Source of the DNA: an uncultured Thermoplasmatales archaeon
GTDB taxonomy: Archaea; Thermoplasmatota; E2; UBA202; DSCA01
Reading direction: 5' to 3'
Length of the DNA: 64,000 nt
NCBI GenBank assembly: GCA_964414415.1
Contig: CAYPWJ010000001.1
Span: 74,701 to 138,700, forward strand
Each line of letters opens with the position of its first letter. Position 1 is the stretch's first letter. Under the pieces are notes generated by a model that was not told the DNA's origin, did not search any database, and saw only the letters and a list, made by a program, of their open reading frames with translations. Positions 54,859 to 64,000 of this stretch are shown here, piece by piece. A program made the position numbers and the translations under genes.

Positions 54859-56166
54859 ATGGACGGCATGCTCGACGCGCTCGGCGTTGACGACGTCGAC
54901 GAGCTCTTCGCGGACATCCCCGGGGAGATACGCATCGACGGGCTTGATCTCCCGCCGGGCATGCCGGAGCGTGAGGTGGAGCGTCACATCGACGTGCTGC
55001 TCGGCCGAAACCGTTCCTTCAGGGACATGCCCTCGTTTCTGGGCGGCGGCATCCAGCCTCACTACGTCCCGCCGGCGGTGGAGCACGTCATTGCACGGAG
55101 CGAATTCTTGACTGCCTATACTCCCTACCAGTCGGAGTTCTCGCAGGGCATCCTGCAGGCGATGTTCGAATATCAGTCCATCGTCTGCGAGCTCACCGGC
55201 ATGGACGCGGCCAACGTCTCGATGTACGACGCGGCCACGGCGCTGGGAGAGGCAGCCGGCATGGTCGCCCGGAGCAGCAGTGGCAGCCTCTTTTTAGTCC
55301 CGGAGCATCTGTCACCGGAAAAAAAATCCGTGCTTCGCAACTACCTGCGGAGCACCGACCTCACGATGCGGGAGATACCGGTCAGCGAGGGCCGCGTCGA
55401 CCTCGATGCAGCTGCATCACTGGCTGACGACGCAGCCGGTGTATATCTCGAGAATCCAAACTACTGGGGTCTTATAGAGGGCCGCGTCGACGAGATCAGG
55501 GCGCTCGTCGAGGATACAGACGCGATGCTGGTCCTGGGTGTCGACCCGTTGCTTGCGGCGGTGACCTGTCCTCCCGCTGACTATGGCGCGGATGTCGTCA
55601 TCGGCGACGGCTGGTTCGGCTGCCCGATGAACTACGGCGGCGTCCGCCTGGGCATGTTTGCCTGCCGGCGGGAGCACGTCCGGCAGATGCCCGGCCGTGT
55701 CATCGGCGCCACCCGTGACAGCGATGGCAAACGCGCCTTTTGTATGACGCTGCAGACCCGGGAGCAGCATATCCGTCGGGAGCGCGCGACGAGCAACATC
55801 TGCACCAATCAGGCGCTGTGCGCCATTGCATTCGCCGCCTACGCGGCGCTGCACGGCACCGCGGGACTCCGAAAGCTGGCAGCCGTCAACATGCGCCGTG
55901 CACGCTACACGGCGGAGCAACTCGCCGATGTTGGCTTCACGCTGCCCTACGACGACCTGTTTTTCAATGAATTCGTGGCGGTGCCGCCCGTCGATGCAGA
56001 CATGCTCACCGAGCAGCTGCTGCAGCACGGTTTCCAGGGCGGCCTCCCGCTCACGGACGGACCCGACAACGCGATGCTGTACGCCGTTACAGAGGTGCAC
56101 ACCCGGGAGATGATAGACGACATGGTCGCGGCGACGGCCGACATCATCAGAGGCCACGATGTATAG
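54859..56166 (+). CDS. gcvPA: Glycine dehydrogenase (decarboxylating) subunit 1
   Basis: Start at MDGMLDALGV (M9 of the track ORF). Motifs ...FLGGGIQPHYVPP...TPYQSEFSQG.... Confidence 0.85.
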   Translation: MDGMLDALGVDDVDELFADIPGEIRIDGLDLPPGMPEREVERHIDVLLGRNRSFRDMPSFLGGGIQPHYVPPAVEHVIARSEFLTAYTPYQSEFSQGILQAMFEYQSIVCELTGMDAANVSMYDAATALGEAAGMVARSSSGSLFLVPEHLSPEKKSVLRNYLRSTDLTMREIPVSEGRVDLDAAASLADDAAGVYLENPNYWGLIEGRVDEIRALVEDTDAMLVLGVDPLLAAVTCPPADYGADVVIGDGWFGCPMNYGGVRLGMFACRREHVRQMPGRVIGATRDSDGKRAFCMTLQTREQHIRRERATSNICTNQALCAIAFAAYAALHGTAGLRKLAAVNMRRARYTAEQLADVGFTLPYDDLFFNEFVAVPPVDADMLTEQLLQHGFQGGLPLTDGPDNAMLYAVTEVHTREMIDDMVAATADIIRGHDV

Positions 56167-57592
56167 GATGGCCTCCTACGACGAGCCGCTGCTCAACGAG
56201 CTTTCCGCCACGAGTGACAAGGCTGGCGTGGAGCCACCGTTGCCAGACGAGCTGCAGCGCACCAGCCTGGCTGTCCCCCACCTCGATGAATGCAGCCTGC
56301 TCCGCCACTATGTCCATCTCAGCCAGATGAACTACGGTGTCGACACCGGCACCTACCCGCTGGGCTCCTGCACCATGAAGTACAATCCCCGGCTGGGTGA
56401 ACGACTGGCAGGCCGCCATCGGATGACCGGGCTGCATCCCCTGCAGCATCCGTCGACGGTCCAGGGCATCCTCGAGATGCTGCACCGCCTCAAAAAGATG
56501 CTCTGCGCTATCACCGGGATGCATGCTTTTTCACTGCAGCCCGCAGCGGGGGCACACGGCGAGTTCACCGGGATGCTCATCGCTCGCGCCTACCATGAAC
56601 AGCGGGGTGAGCAGCGAAGCGAGGTCATCCTGCCGGACAGCGCCCACGGCACCAATCCCGCCTCGGCGAAAATGGCCGGCTTCGACGTCGTCGAGCTACC
56701 GTCACAGGAGGGGCGCGTCGATCTCGATGCGCTCGATGCAGCCCTGTCGGACGACACGGCGGCGTTCATGCTCACCAATCCCAACACCCTGGGCATCTTC
56801 GAGCGCGACATCCTCGAAATCGCGGCGATGGTCAAAGAGGCGGGCGCCCTGCTGTATTATGACGGTGCAAACCTCAACGCCATCATGGGCAAGGCTCGGC
56901 CCGGCGACATGGGCTTCGACATCGTGCATCTCAACCCGCACAAGACATTCGCGACGCCGCACGGCGGCGGCGGGCCCGGAGCCGGTCCGATCGGTGTCAC
57001 CGGGGAGCTGGAGCCATATCTGCCGGTACCCCGCATCGCGCGTGACGGCGACGGCGGCTACCGATGGAGCTACAGCCATCCATGCTCCATCGGTCGGATC
57101 TCGCATTTCTACGGCAACGTCCCCGTGTTGCTCAAGACCTACGCCTATCTGCTCCGCACCGGTGCAGGGCTGCAGCGCGTCGCCGAGCGAGCGGTATGCA
57201 ACGCCAATTATCTCCTCCAGCAGCTCGACAGCAGCGCCTACAGGCTGCCGTATCCAGGGCGCCGGATGCATGAGTTCGTGGTCAGCGCGGAGCCGCTCAA
57301 GGAAAACGGCGTCAGGGCGCTCGACGTCGCCAAACGCCTCCTCGACCACGGGCTGCATCCGCCGACGATGTACTTCCCGCTCATCGTGGAGGAGGCATTG
57401 ATGATTGAGCCCACCGAGAGCGAAAGCCGGGCGTCGCTCGATGCATACGCGGCGTCACTCAACGACATCGCCAGGGAGCAGCCGGAGACGCTCCAGCGGG
57501 CGCCGCAGCGGACGCCGGTGAAGCGCATCGACGAGGTCAAAGCAGCCCGGAATCCCCGTCTCACCTGGAACGACCTCGATGGCGAACGGTGA
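56159..57592 (+). CDS. gcvPB: Glycine dehydrogenase (decarboxylating) subunit 2, PLP-binding
   Basis: 477 aa. Motifs ...GSCTMKYNP..., HLNPHKTF (PLP lysine) and GGGGPGAGPIGV. Confidence 0.9.
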   Translation: MYRMASYDEPLLNELSATSDKAGVEPPLPDELQRTSLAVPHLDECSLLRHYVHLSQMNYGVDTGTYPLGSCTMKYNPRLGERLAGRHRMTGLHPLQHPSTVQGILEMLHRLKKMLCAITGMHAFSLQPAAGAHGEFTGMLIARAYHEQRGEQRSEVILPDSAHGTNPASAKMAGFDVVELPSQEGRVDLDALDAALSDDTAAFMLTNPNTLGIFERDILEIAAMVKEAGALLYYDGANLNAIMGKARPGDMGFDIVHLNPHKTFATPHGGGGPGAGPIGVTGELEPYLPVPRIARDGDGGYRWSYSHPCSIGRISHFYGNVPVLLKTYAYLLRTGAGLQRVAERAVCNANYLLQQLDSSAYRLPYPGRRMHEFVVSAEPLKENGVRALDVAKRLLDHGLHPPTMYFPLIVEEALMIEPTESESRASLDAYAASLNDIAREQPETLQRAPQRTPVKRIDEVKAARNPRLTWNDLDGER

Positions 57593-57864
57593 AGCCATAT
57601 ATCCCCTCTCGTTTTCTGTCCATGGAGGTCGAAGAAATCGGCATCCGGGATCGCCTCAGAATGCGGAAGATGCAGAACCTGGCGGTCATCGAGGTCATGT
57701 ATAACCCGGACAGCGAGAGCTATCAGCTCGTCATGGGCATCGACATCGAGAAAAAACTGCTGACGAGCACACCCCGGAAGATGGTCCGGGTGACCTGCAC
57801 ATACGACGAGATATCAGCGGGTATACAGCGCTACCTCGACGAGGAGATACTGCCCGCGGCATAG
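57589..57864 (+). CDS. Small hypothetical protein, translationally coupled to gcvPB (GTGA overlap)
   Basis: 91 aa. No recognised family. Alternative start at MEVEEIG (57622). Confidence 0.4.
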   Translation: MKPYIPSRFLSMEVEEIGIRDRLRMRKMQNLAVIEVMYNPDSESYQLVMGIDIEKKLLTSTPRKMVRVTCTYDEISAGIQRYLDEEILPAA

Positions 57865-57867
57865 GCG

Positions 57868-58446
57868 TTATTGTTCCCGTCGGTCGAGCTCGTTGTGCAC
57901 CAGGGTGATGCACTGGTCTGCCTGCAGCGGCAGCGGCGACACCGCGATCGTGCGTTCCGCGCTGCCCTCGACGACATCCCGGCATGACGGCGGCAGACCG
58001 CCGTGGTCACCCAGGATGAAGAGACAGTCATTGAGACCGCCGGCGACACGGATGTCTTTGCCGCCCTCGTGCAGGTACACCACCGGGTACGGCAGCTCGT
58101 CGAGCAGCCCCGCCAGGTCACGCCGCGCCACCGAGACGCCCGAGGTGCTCTCCTGCCAGCGTTCGCCGACATCGACGGCAAGCGCCTTCCTGACGATGCC
58201 GCCGATGGAGCGCTCGTCGGGTCCCATGGATCGGAGGCTGTCTCCTGCAACACGGAGCGCCTTCGGTGGATCCGGCGGCCCGAGGAGCAGCAGATAGATT
58301 GCAGCGTCGCTTCGTATGCCGTGTGAGATGAACAGCGACTGCGCCAGGCATCGACACAGAACATCCATCCGGCCGGCGGTGGGCAGTCCGTTGAGGTTGA
58401 ACGGCGCCGTAGCCGCCTGGCTTCCGACGATCAAAAAACGGCGCAT
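57868..58446 (-). CDS. trmY: tRNA (pseudouridine54-N1)-methyltransferase TrmY (DUF358, SPOUT fold)
   Basis: 192 aa. Motifs MRRFLIVGSQAATAPFNLNGLPTAGRMDVLCRCL and ...YLHEGG.... Confidence 0.75.
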   Translation of the reverse strand: MRRFLIVGSQAATAPFNLNGLPTAGRMDVLCRCLAQSLFISHGIRSDAAIYLLLLGPPDPPKALRVAGDSLRSMGPDERSIGGIVRKALAVDVGERWQESTSGVSVARRDLAGLLDELPYPVVYLHEGGKDIRVAGGLNDCLFILGDHGGLPPSCRDVVEGSAERTIAVSPLPLQADQCITLVHNELDRREQ

Positions 58447-58489
58447 GGATGCTCCATCGGCATGGACGTCAAATAGCTTACGATGGCTG

Positions 58490-58885
58490 TCAGCCGTCGC
58501 CCTCGATTTTCTGCTGCATGCTGTCCAGGTATGACGGCAATCCCTCGATGTCCTTCACCATGCTGTTCTTGGCCAGCAGCCCCCGATACTCGGTGATGCA
58601 CCTGGTGCGCCCGGAGAGGTTCTGTTCGATGGCGCGCGACAGCCGGCCGCCCTTTGTATCCCAGTCGGTCAGCACGATGACTTCGTCATAGGCGGCAGCG
58701 ATCCAATCACAGACATCCACCAGCGGGCGACCAGAATGCACCGTCAGGATGTCCCCCGGCATCCCGAGGCTGCGGAGCGCCGCCACGTCCTTCTCGCCCT
58801 CCACGAGGATGGGTATGGTCTCGTTGCGGCTCCGCACCTCCGCGATGATGTCCATAACCGCTTCCAGTCCTTCCCTATAATCCAT
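58490..58885 (-). CDS. Small Toprim-domain protein
   Basis: Start at MDYREG (M27 of the track ORF). Motifs ILVEGEKDVAALRSLG...VIVLTDWDTKG. Confidence 0.55.
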   Translation of the reverse strand: MDYREGLEAVMDIIAEVRSRNETIPILVEGEKDVAALRSLGMPGDILTVHSGRPLVDVCDWIAAAYDEVIVLTDWDTKGGRLSRAIEQNLSGRTRCITEYRGLLAKNSMVKDIEGLPSYLDSMQQKIEGDG

Positions 58886-59213
58886 TGTTGAGCCGCTGTA
58901 CGACAGCGTCGACCGGCCGACGCACATGTATGCGTTTCTCCCGGCTGGTGTGGCCACGGGCAAGCGTTACCTCGTTGGATGCCACATCAAAAAACCCGGC
59001 TACCAGTTCAAGGAGCTCCCGGTTTGCCTTCCCCTGCTGCGGCGCCGCCGTCACCCGTGCCTCAATCTGATGTCGCCACTGGTCGTAGCCGGCTGGAAAC
59101 CGCGCGCTGTCACTGCCGGTGGACACCCGGACGCTGATGAGCGTGCCGTTGCTCTGTTCCTCGAGTGCCGCTGCCACGTTACGGTCGGCTGCTGCCACAG
59201 CTACAAAAAACAC
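58875..59213 (-). CDS. DUF167 / UPF0235 (YggU-like) protein
   Basis: 112 aa. Motifs ...EGKANRELLELVAGFFDV...VTLARGHTSREKRI.... Confidence 0.6.
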   Translation of the reverse strand: MFFVAVAAADRNVAAALEEQSNGTLISVRVSTGSDSARFPAGYDQWRHQIEARVTAAPQQGKANRELLELVAGFFDVASNEVTLARGHTSREKRIHVRRPVDAVVQRLNNGL

Positions 59214-59271
59214 CCGGTGATATAAACATTTGCCGCTGCGACATTTTTAAACCAGTGGCGCTTTACCATCC

Positions 59272-59703
59272 ATGGACGTGCTGCTCGGCGTGGGCAACGA
59301 GGCCAACGGCGACGACGCCATCGGCCCCTGGATAGCCCGCCGTTTTAGCAAGCCAGGATGGCGCGCCGTTGACTGTTTCACCGTCCCGGAGAACTACACC
59401 GGCGAGCTGCGGCGGATGCAGCCCCGCCGCGTCGTCATCATAGATGCCGCTGACATGGGCCTGCAGCCCGGCGACATCCGTATCGTTCCCAAAGACAGGA
59501 CGGGCAGCGCGACCTTTACAACGCATGCGATGCCGCTCAGCGTGTTTATCGACTACGTCGAGCAGGTGACCGATGCGCAGGTGACGCTTATCGGCGTCCA
59601 GCCACAGCGCTTCGACGAGATGAGCGACGCGGTCAAACACGCCGGAGAGCGCCTCCTCGACATCCTCACGTCGGGCGGCATCGAGCGTCTCCCGCGGCTG
59701 TAA
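59272..59703 (+). CDS. Hydrogenase maturation endopeptidase-like protein (HycI/HyaD/FrhD family)
   Basis: 143 aa. Motifs VLLGVGNEANGDDAIGPWIARRF and ...VVIIDAAD.... Confidence 0.65.
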   Translation: MDVLLGVGNEANGDDAIGPWIARRFSKPGWRAVDCFTVPENYTGELRRMQPRRVVIIDAADMGLQPGDIRIVPKDRTGSATFTTHAMPLSVFIDYVEQVTDAQVTLIGVQPQRFDEMSDAVKHAGERLLDILTSGGIERLPRL

Positions 59704-59705
59704 TG

Positions 59706-60300
59706 CTAGACGGTCTGCACCGCCATCGCTTTGTTCCGTCCACCGGGCTCGTATCCCCAGCGGTCGATGGTGTGATGCCAGTGTCGGTAGATGCGCTCCT
59801 GCATCTCCCGGCTGATGTCGTAGCGCCGGTGGCATAATCACGCTGCGCGGCGACGTAGTCAGCGAATCGCTGTTCCGCCTCTTTGCAGTGAGGGAGGTCG
59901 AGCGAGGTGTAGATGTCCCGCAGCGTCGCCATCGGCTCAGCGACGAAGTCCTCGTAGCATATCTCGACGAGGTTGCCGTCGGGGATGCGGCTGCGCTGCC
60001 GGAAAAACCGCTCGTACATGACCCGGTAGCAGTACAGGATGTCCTCCTCCACCCGGCCGAGGTCGAACTCCTGCAGCGCATAGAGCGGCAGTATGTTCTC
60101 GTAGAGCCGCTGGTGGAAACGTACACGTGGTAGGGATTCCGGATGATGTGCACGAACTTCGCGTCGGGAACATGTCCAGCAGCTCCTTCACCCTGGCCCG
60201 GGCTTCGGCATCTACACCCTGACCATCCAAGCGGATGACACCAGCGGCAACACGGGCAGCGCCGACATGCGTGTCTTCTACACGGCTGTATCCTCCCCGC
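59706..60300 (-). pseudogene. Decayed paralogue of the sulfotransferase at 40658..41806: N-terminal P-loop part missing, at least 3 frameshifts
   Basis: Three minus-strand frames in succession encode ARVKELLDMFP / DAKFVHIIRNPYHVY / FHQRLYENILPLYAL...LYCYRVMYERFF...IPDGNLVEICYEDFVAEP...IYTSLDLP / HWHHTIDRWGYEP. These are collinear with residues about 240-382 of the intact paralogue. Confidence 0.6.
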
Positions 60301-60375
60301 GAGCAGGTAGCGTTTCCCGCCTTCTTTACCGACACACATGCAGGCGGGCAATCCTTAAAAACCACGCTGTGATGC

Positions 60376-62226
60376 ATGTCCATGAGGTTGAGAGCACAGC
60401 TATTGGCAGTCATTGTAGCAGGATTCTTTGTGGCGAGCGCCGTGAGCGTCGGCATCCCCGGCGCCGTCGAGCAATCAGAGCAGCAGCTTTCACCGGTCAA
60501 CGATGCCACGTCGAGACAGCTATCCATGGATTTCCCGGCGCCGACCCTGAGCGACAAACAGGGCTACGTCAACGTCAACGTCGACGGCTGCCGCCGGACG
60601 CGCAGCGCCGGCCAGCCCATCCTGCCGTATGCATCGAAAACGATGACGTTTCCGCTGGGTACACGCGTCACCGACGTCCAGGTCAGCACGGGCGACGTCG
60701 CCAGGATGGAGCTGCCTGGCAAGCCGATGCCCGCCCCACGCCTTATCTCCCGCGACGGCGACCTGACGAGCGAGGTCAGGGAGGGGCCGGTCTACCGCGG
60801 CAGCCAGACGTATCCATCCGAATGGGTGCGCTGGCGGACCAGCGGCGGCCTCAAAAATGGCGAGCACGTCACCTATCTCACGCTCAACGTCTACCCGGCT
60901 CGCTATCATCCCACAGAGAGAAGCATCGAGTACATCCGCAGCGTCGACATAACGGTCTCCTGCAAGCCAGGCGCGGGCCTGGAGACCGGCGAGGGTGCCG
61001 ACATGGTGGTCGTCAGCCCGCTGACGTTCTATCCAGCTGTCAACCGCCTCATCGAGCACAAGGAGTCGCTTGGCGTCACATGCCAGTGGGCGACGCCGCT
61101 GCAGATAAAAAGCGGCAGATACTTCCCGGTCGAGGGCAGCGATGCGGCAGAGCAGATCAAGTATTTCATCAAGAACGCCGTCGAGGAATGGGGCACCCGC
61201 TACGTCCTCATCATGGGTGCTCCCGGCAGAGTGCCGATGCGGACCGTCTACACGCAGCCCGCCGCCGACAGCTCGGAGACCTTCACCAGCGACCTCTACT
61301 ACGAGGACCTCTACGACGGCAGCGGCAGCTTTTGCTCGTGGGACAGCAACGACAACGGCTACTACGGCGAATACAACCACTCCGGCAACATCGACACGAT
61401 GGACCTGTACCCCGACGTGCACGTCGGCCGGCTGGCCTGCCGCAGCGTCATCGAGGCCTGGCTCGCGGTCGACAAGATCATCACGTATGAGAGCAGCGCC
61501 GCCGGCGACTGGTACAAGCGCTTCCTGGTAGCGGGCGGCGACTCGTTCAACGACGGTCCACGGTGGGGCACCGACTACTACGAGGGCGAGATAACGGTCA
61601 ATCAATCGGTCAGCTACATGGACGGCTTCACGCCGGTGAAGCTCCTCGGCTCCAACGGCCGGCTTTCAACGGACAACATCAAGGATGAATGGAGCCAGGG
61701 CGCTGGCTTCGTCAACCTGGAGGGTCACGGCAATTATCTCTCCTGGGCGACGCATCCGCCGCATCAGTATAACACCTGGGTCGGCATCCAGGTGCAGGAC
61801 ATCCCTGACCTCAGCAACACGGGCAAACTGCCCTTCGTCGTCCTCGGCGGCTGCCACATCGCCGACATGGGGCACACCTATGAATGCTTCGCTTGGCAGC
61901 TCGTCCGCGCCGTCGGGAAGGGTGCCATCGCCACGACGGGCTTCACCAGCCTCTCCTGGGGTGCCGACGACGACGTCAACGGCAACGGCCAGCCAGACAT
62001 CATTGAATACGCGAGCGGTTATCTCGACACCCTGGTCTTCAAGCAGTACGGCCAGGACGACATCAACGTGGCAGGCGCGGTCTGCGATGCAGCCGTCACC
62101 GAGTATCTCAACACGGCGCCGGTGGAATGGAACAACGCCTACCTTGACATCTGGGACTGCAAGACCGTCTCCGCCTGGGTGTTGCTCGGCGACCCGTCGC
62201 TGCAGCTCGGCGGTACAGCAGGATAA
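60376..62226 (+). CDS. Secreted peptidase C25 (gingipain-like cysteine protease) family protein
   Basis: 616 aa. Signal peptide MSMRLRAQLLAVIVAGFFVASAVSVG. Catalytic-region motifs ...YVLIMGAPGRVP..., NLEGHGN and VVLGGCHIADMG (His/Cys dyad context). Confidence 0.7.
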   Translation: MSMRLRAQLLAVIVAGFFVASAVSVGIPGAVEQSEQQLSPVNDATSRQLSMDFPAPTLSDKQGYVNVNVDGCRRTRSAGQPILPYASKTMTFPLGTRVTDVQVSTGDVARMELPGKPMPAPRLISRDGDLTSEVREGPVYRGSQTYPSEWVRWRTSGGLKNGEHVTYLTLNVYPARYHPTERSIEYIRSVDITVSCKPGAGLETGEGADMVVVSPLTFYPAVNRLIEHKESLGVTCQWATPLQIKSGRYFPVEGSDAAEQIKYFIKNAVEEWGTRYVLIMGAPGRVPMRTVYTQPAADSSETFTSDLYYEDLYDGSGSFCSWDSNDNGYYGEYNHSGNIDTMDLYPDVHVGRLACRSVIEAWLAVDKIITYESSAAGDWYKRFLVAGGDSFNDGPRWGTDYYEGEITVNQSVSYMDGFTPVKLLGSNGRLSTDNIKDEWSQGAGFVNLEGHGNYLSWATHPPHQYNTWVGIQVQDIPDLSNTGKLPFVVLGGCHIADMGHTYECFAWQLVRAVGKGAIATTGFTSLSWGADDDVNGNGQPDIIEYASGYLDTLVFKQYGQDDINVAGAVCDAAVTEYLNTAPVEWNNAYLDIWDCKTVSAWVLLGDPSLQLGGTAG

Positions 62227-62355
62227 TCTGCCGTGTCCGATCCAGGGCCACTGGAGCGACGGCGGCCATCGGTGTGCAGCCGTCTGCCGTACAGCCATAC
62301 TACGGGCGGCGTAAAACCAAATAAATCCCTGCCGTTTATCCATGGAGATGCAACC

Positions 62356-63762
62356 ATGAGAAAAACAAAGATCGTGGCCACCATCGGACCTGCATCGGAG
62401 ACGCCAGAGGTGCTCCGGCAGCTCATCGACAACGGGCTGGATGTCGCCCGCCTCAACTTTTCGCACGGCACCCACGAACAGCACGGCCGGAACATCGATG
62501 CTATACGGGAGCTCAGCAGCGAGGTCGCCGTCATGCTGGACACGCAGGGACCTGAGATACGTCTCGATGTCATGGAGCAACCCGTCGAGCTCCGCGAAGG
62601 CATGACGGTCACCCTGACGGGCGACGGCGAGACAGGTGCGGCGACACTCCCCGTTGCTTATCCTGACTTCCTGGAGCACATCCAGGGGGGAGACACCGTT
62701 TTGATCGCTGATGGCGCCGTTGCCCTCGAGGTGACAGACGTCGGCGACGTGGCGACCTGCCGCGTCCGATACGGCGGGACCGTCACCGGTCAGCAGTCGG
62801 TCAACGTCCCCGGCAGGGATCTCGACCTGACGGCACCCACCGATAAAGACCGCCGGGACATCGCGTTTGGCGCTGAGAAAGACGTGGACTACGTGGCCGC
62901 CTCGTTTGTGGAGACACCCGGGGAAGTCCGTGAGATACGACAGCTGCTCCGCGAGCACGGCTCCGCGGCCGGTGTCATCCCCAAGATAGAGAGCATGCAG
63001 GCGCTGGAGCACATCGATGCCATCATCGCATCTGCCGACGGCGTCATGGTGGCGCGCGGCGACCTGGGCGTCGAGATACCTGCCTCGGATGTCCCGCTGA
63101 CCCAGAAGAACATCATCAGGAAGTGCAACAAGCGGGGGACGCCGGTCATCACGGCGACGCAGATGCTTGAGTCGATGACGGAGCATCCACGGGCGACGCG
63201 CGCCGAGGCATCCGACGTGGCAAACGCGGTGCTGGACGGGACCGACGCCGTCATGCTGTCCGCGGAGACCGCCGTCGGCTCCTATCCGGTGGAGGCTTTC
63301 TCGTTTATGGCCGAGGTGCTGGAGAAAGTCGAGACGTTTTTCCAGGATCACGTCCATCGGACCGTCGAAGGCGGCAGCGACACAGTGGCGGACATCATCT
63401 CCAAGAACGTCTGGCGGGTCTGCAACGAAATCGACGTCGATTACATCGTCGCGCATACCTCGTCCGGCTCGACCGCCCGGAACATCTCCAAATATCGGCC
63501 GATGACCGACATCATCGCGTTCACCAACTCCCGGACGGTGCAGCGGCAGCTCCGCCTCGTCTGGGGCGTCCGTCCGCACCGCATCGCGTTCAAGGAGTAC
63601 TTCGACGACCTCATCTACGACACCACTCGCTTTCTGCAGCGTCGTGAGCAGGTCGGCGAGGACGACACCCTGGTCGTCACCGCCGGCGTTCCCAACTCGG
63701 TGACCGGCATCACCAACCTGATGGAGATACGCCGGGTCGGCAGCATCCTTGCCGCCGGATAA
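62356..63762 (+). CDS. pyk: Pyruvate kinase
   Basis: Start at MRKTKIVATIGPAS (M42 of the track ORF). Motifs ...ARLNFSHG... and MVARGDLGVEIP. TATA AACCAAATAAATCC about 30 nt upstream. Confidence 0.9.
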   Translation: MRKTKIVATIGPASETPEVLRQLIDNGLDVARLNFSHGTHEQHGRNIDAIRELSSEVAVMLDTQGPEIRLDVMEQPVELREGMTVTLTGDGETGAATLPVAYPDFLEHIQGGDTVLIADGAVALEVTDVGDVATCRVRYGGTVTGQQSVNVPGRDLDLTAPTDKDRRDIAFGAEKDVDYVAASFVETPGEVREIRQLLREHGSAAGVIPKIESMQALEHIDAIIASADGVMVARGDLGVEIPASDVPLTQKNIIRKCNKRGTPVITATQMLESMTEHPRATRAEASDVANAVLDGTDAVMLSAETAVGSYPVEAFSFMAEVLEKVETFFQDHVHRTVEGGSDTVADIISKNVWRVCNEIDVDYIVAHTSSGSTARNISKYRPMTDIIAFTNSRTVQRQLRLVWGVRPHRIAFKEYFDDLIYDTTRFLQRREQVGEDDTLVVTAGVPNSVTGITNLMEIRRVGSILAAG

Positions 63763-63799
63763 ACGAAAACCTTTTTAGCGCAGCCAGGCTTGCTACGTC

Positions 63800-64000
63800 G
63801 TGGATGAGTGCACCCTCCCGCTGAACTGCGCGTCGCTCGACCGGCTGCTCGGCGGCGGCCTCGAACGCGGCATCGTCACCGAGCTACACGGCGAGGGCGG
63901 CAGCGGCAAGACGAACATCTGTCTTCAGGCGGCTCGGAACGCGGCTGCCAACGGCGACAAAGTCGTCTACGTCGATACCGAGGGCGTATCCGAGGAACGC
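63800..64000 (+). CDS. radB: DNA repair/recombination protein RadB (RecA-superfamily paralogue), 5' partial in window
   Basis: GTG start 63800. Motifs ...SLDRLLGGGLERGIVTELHGEGGSGKTNICLQ... (short N-terminus before Walker A, unlike RadA). Confidence 0.65.
   Translation, partial: MDECTLPLNCASLDRLLGGGLERGIVTELHGEGGSGKTNICLQAARNAAANGDKVVYVDTEGVSEER

Noticed and set aside
1-64000. Search for a CRISPR array, rRNA genes, integrase/transposase/IS elements and toxin-antitoxin pairs
   Set aside because: No regularly spaced direct repeats, no rRNA-like conserved stretches and no recombinase/transposase motifs in any frame. The low-GC islets lack mobility genes.

Overview
This window reads as a 64-kb stretch of a high-GC (about 65%, by eye) archaeal chromosome. 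The lineage cannot be fixed from sequence alone. The gene content is euryarchaeal-type: MptA GTP cyclohydrolase, archaeal ThrRS, L40e, S24e/S27ae, RpoE'/Spt4/DUF359, Nop5, aIF1A, RadB, DUF63, Sec61beta. Genes are densely packed, and many have a TATA box 25-30 nt upstream of the start codon (leaderless-style). I can support about 65 protein genes and 3 tRNA genes. All three tRNAs contain introns, and tRNA-Asp carries two, one of them in the T-loop. I found no rRNA, CRISPR array, transposase or integrase. Three ORFs shorter than the 60-aa track cut-off were added by hand: rpl40e, rps27ae and sec61beta. Housekeeping genes include purB, NAD-dependent ligA, PolX, topA, a RecJ-like DHH nuclease, folD, pyrD, pyk and gcvPA/PB. 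Metabolic clusters include a class-III aminotransferase, a saccharopine-DH-like gene and an HcnABC/proline-dehydrogenase-like four-subunit flavoenzyme. There are many secreted or surface repeat proteins and proteases (PrsW, M50, gingipain-like C25). Three discrete low-GC islets interrupt the GC-rich background. Islet 1 is about 16.55-17.8 kb and carries a secreted CBM/PKD-like protein. Islet 2 is about 26.04-30.93 kb and carries a fused Type IIG restriction-modification enzyme translationally coupled to an RPA-like OB-fold/zinc-ribbon protein. Islet 3 is about 33.8-34.98 kb and carries a SatD-like HTH protein plus a small membrane protein. All three islets are bordered by short, imperfect inverted repeats built around an AAATGT(A)GC-type core. 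The islet-2 RM-plus-ssDNA-binding-protein module is the best candidate here for an undescribed defence configuration. All coordinates are anchored to the supplied ORF track. Family names rest on motif recognition by eye, not on database searches.
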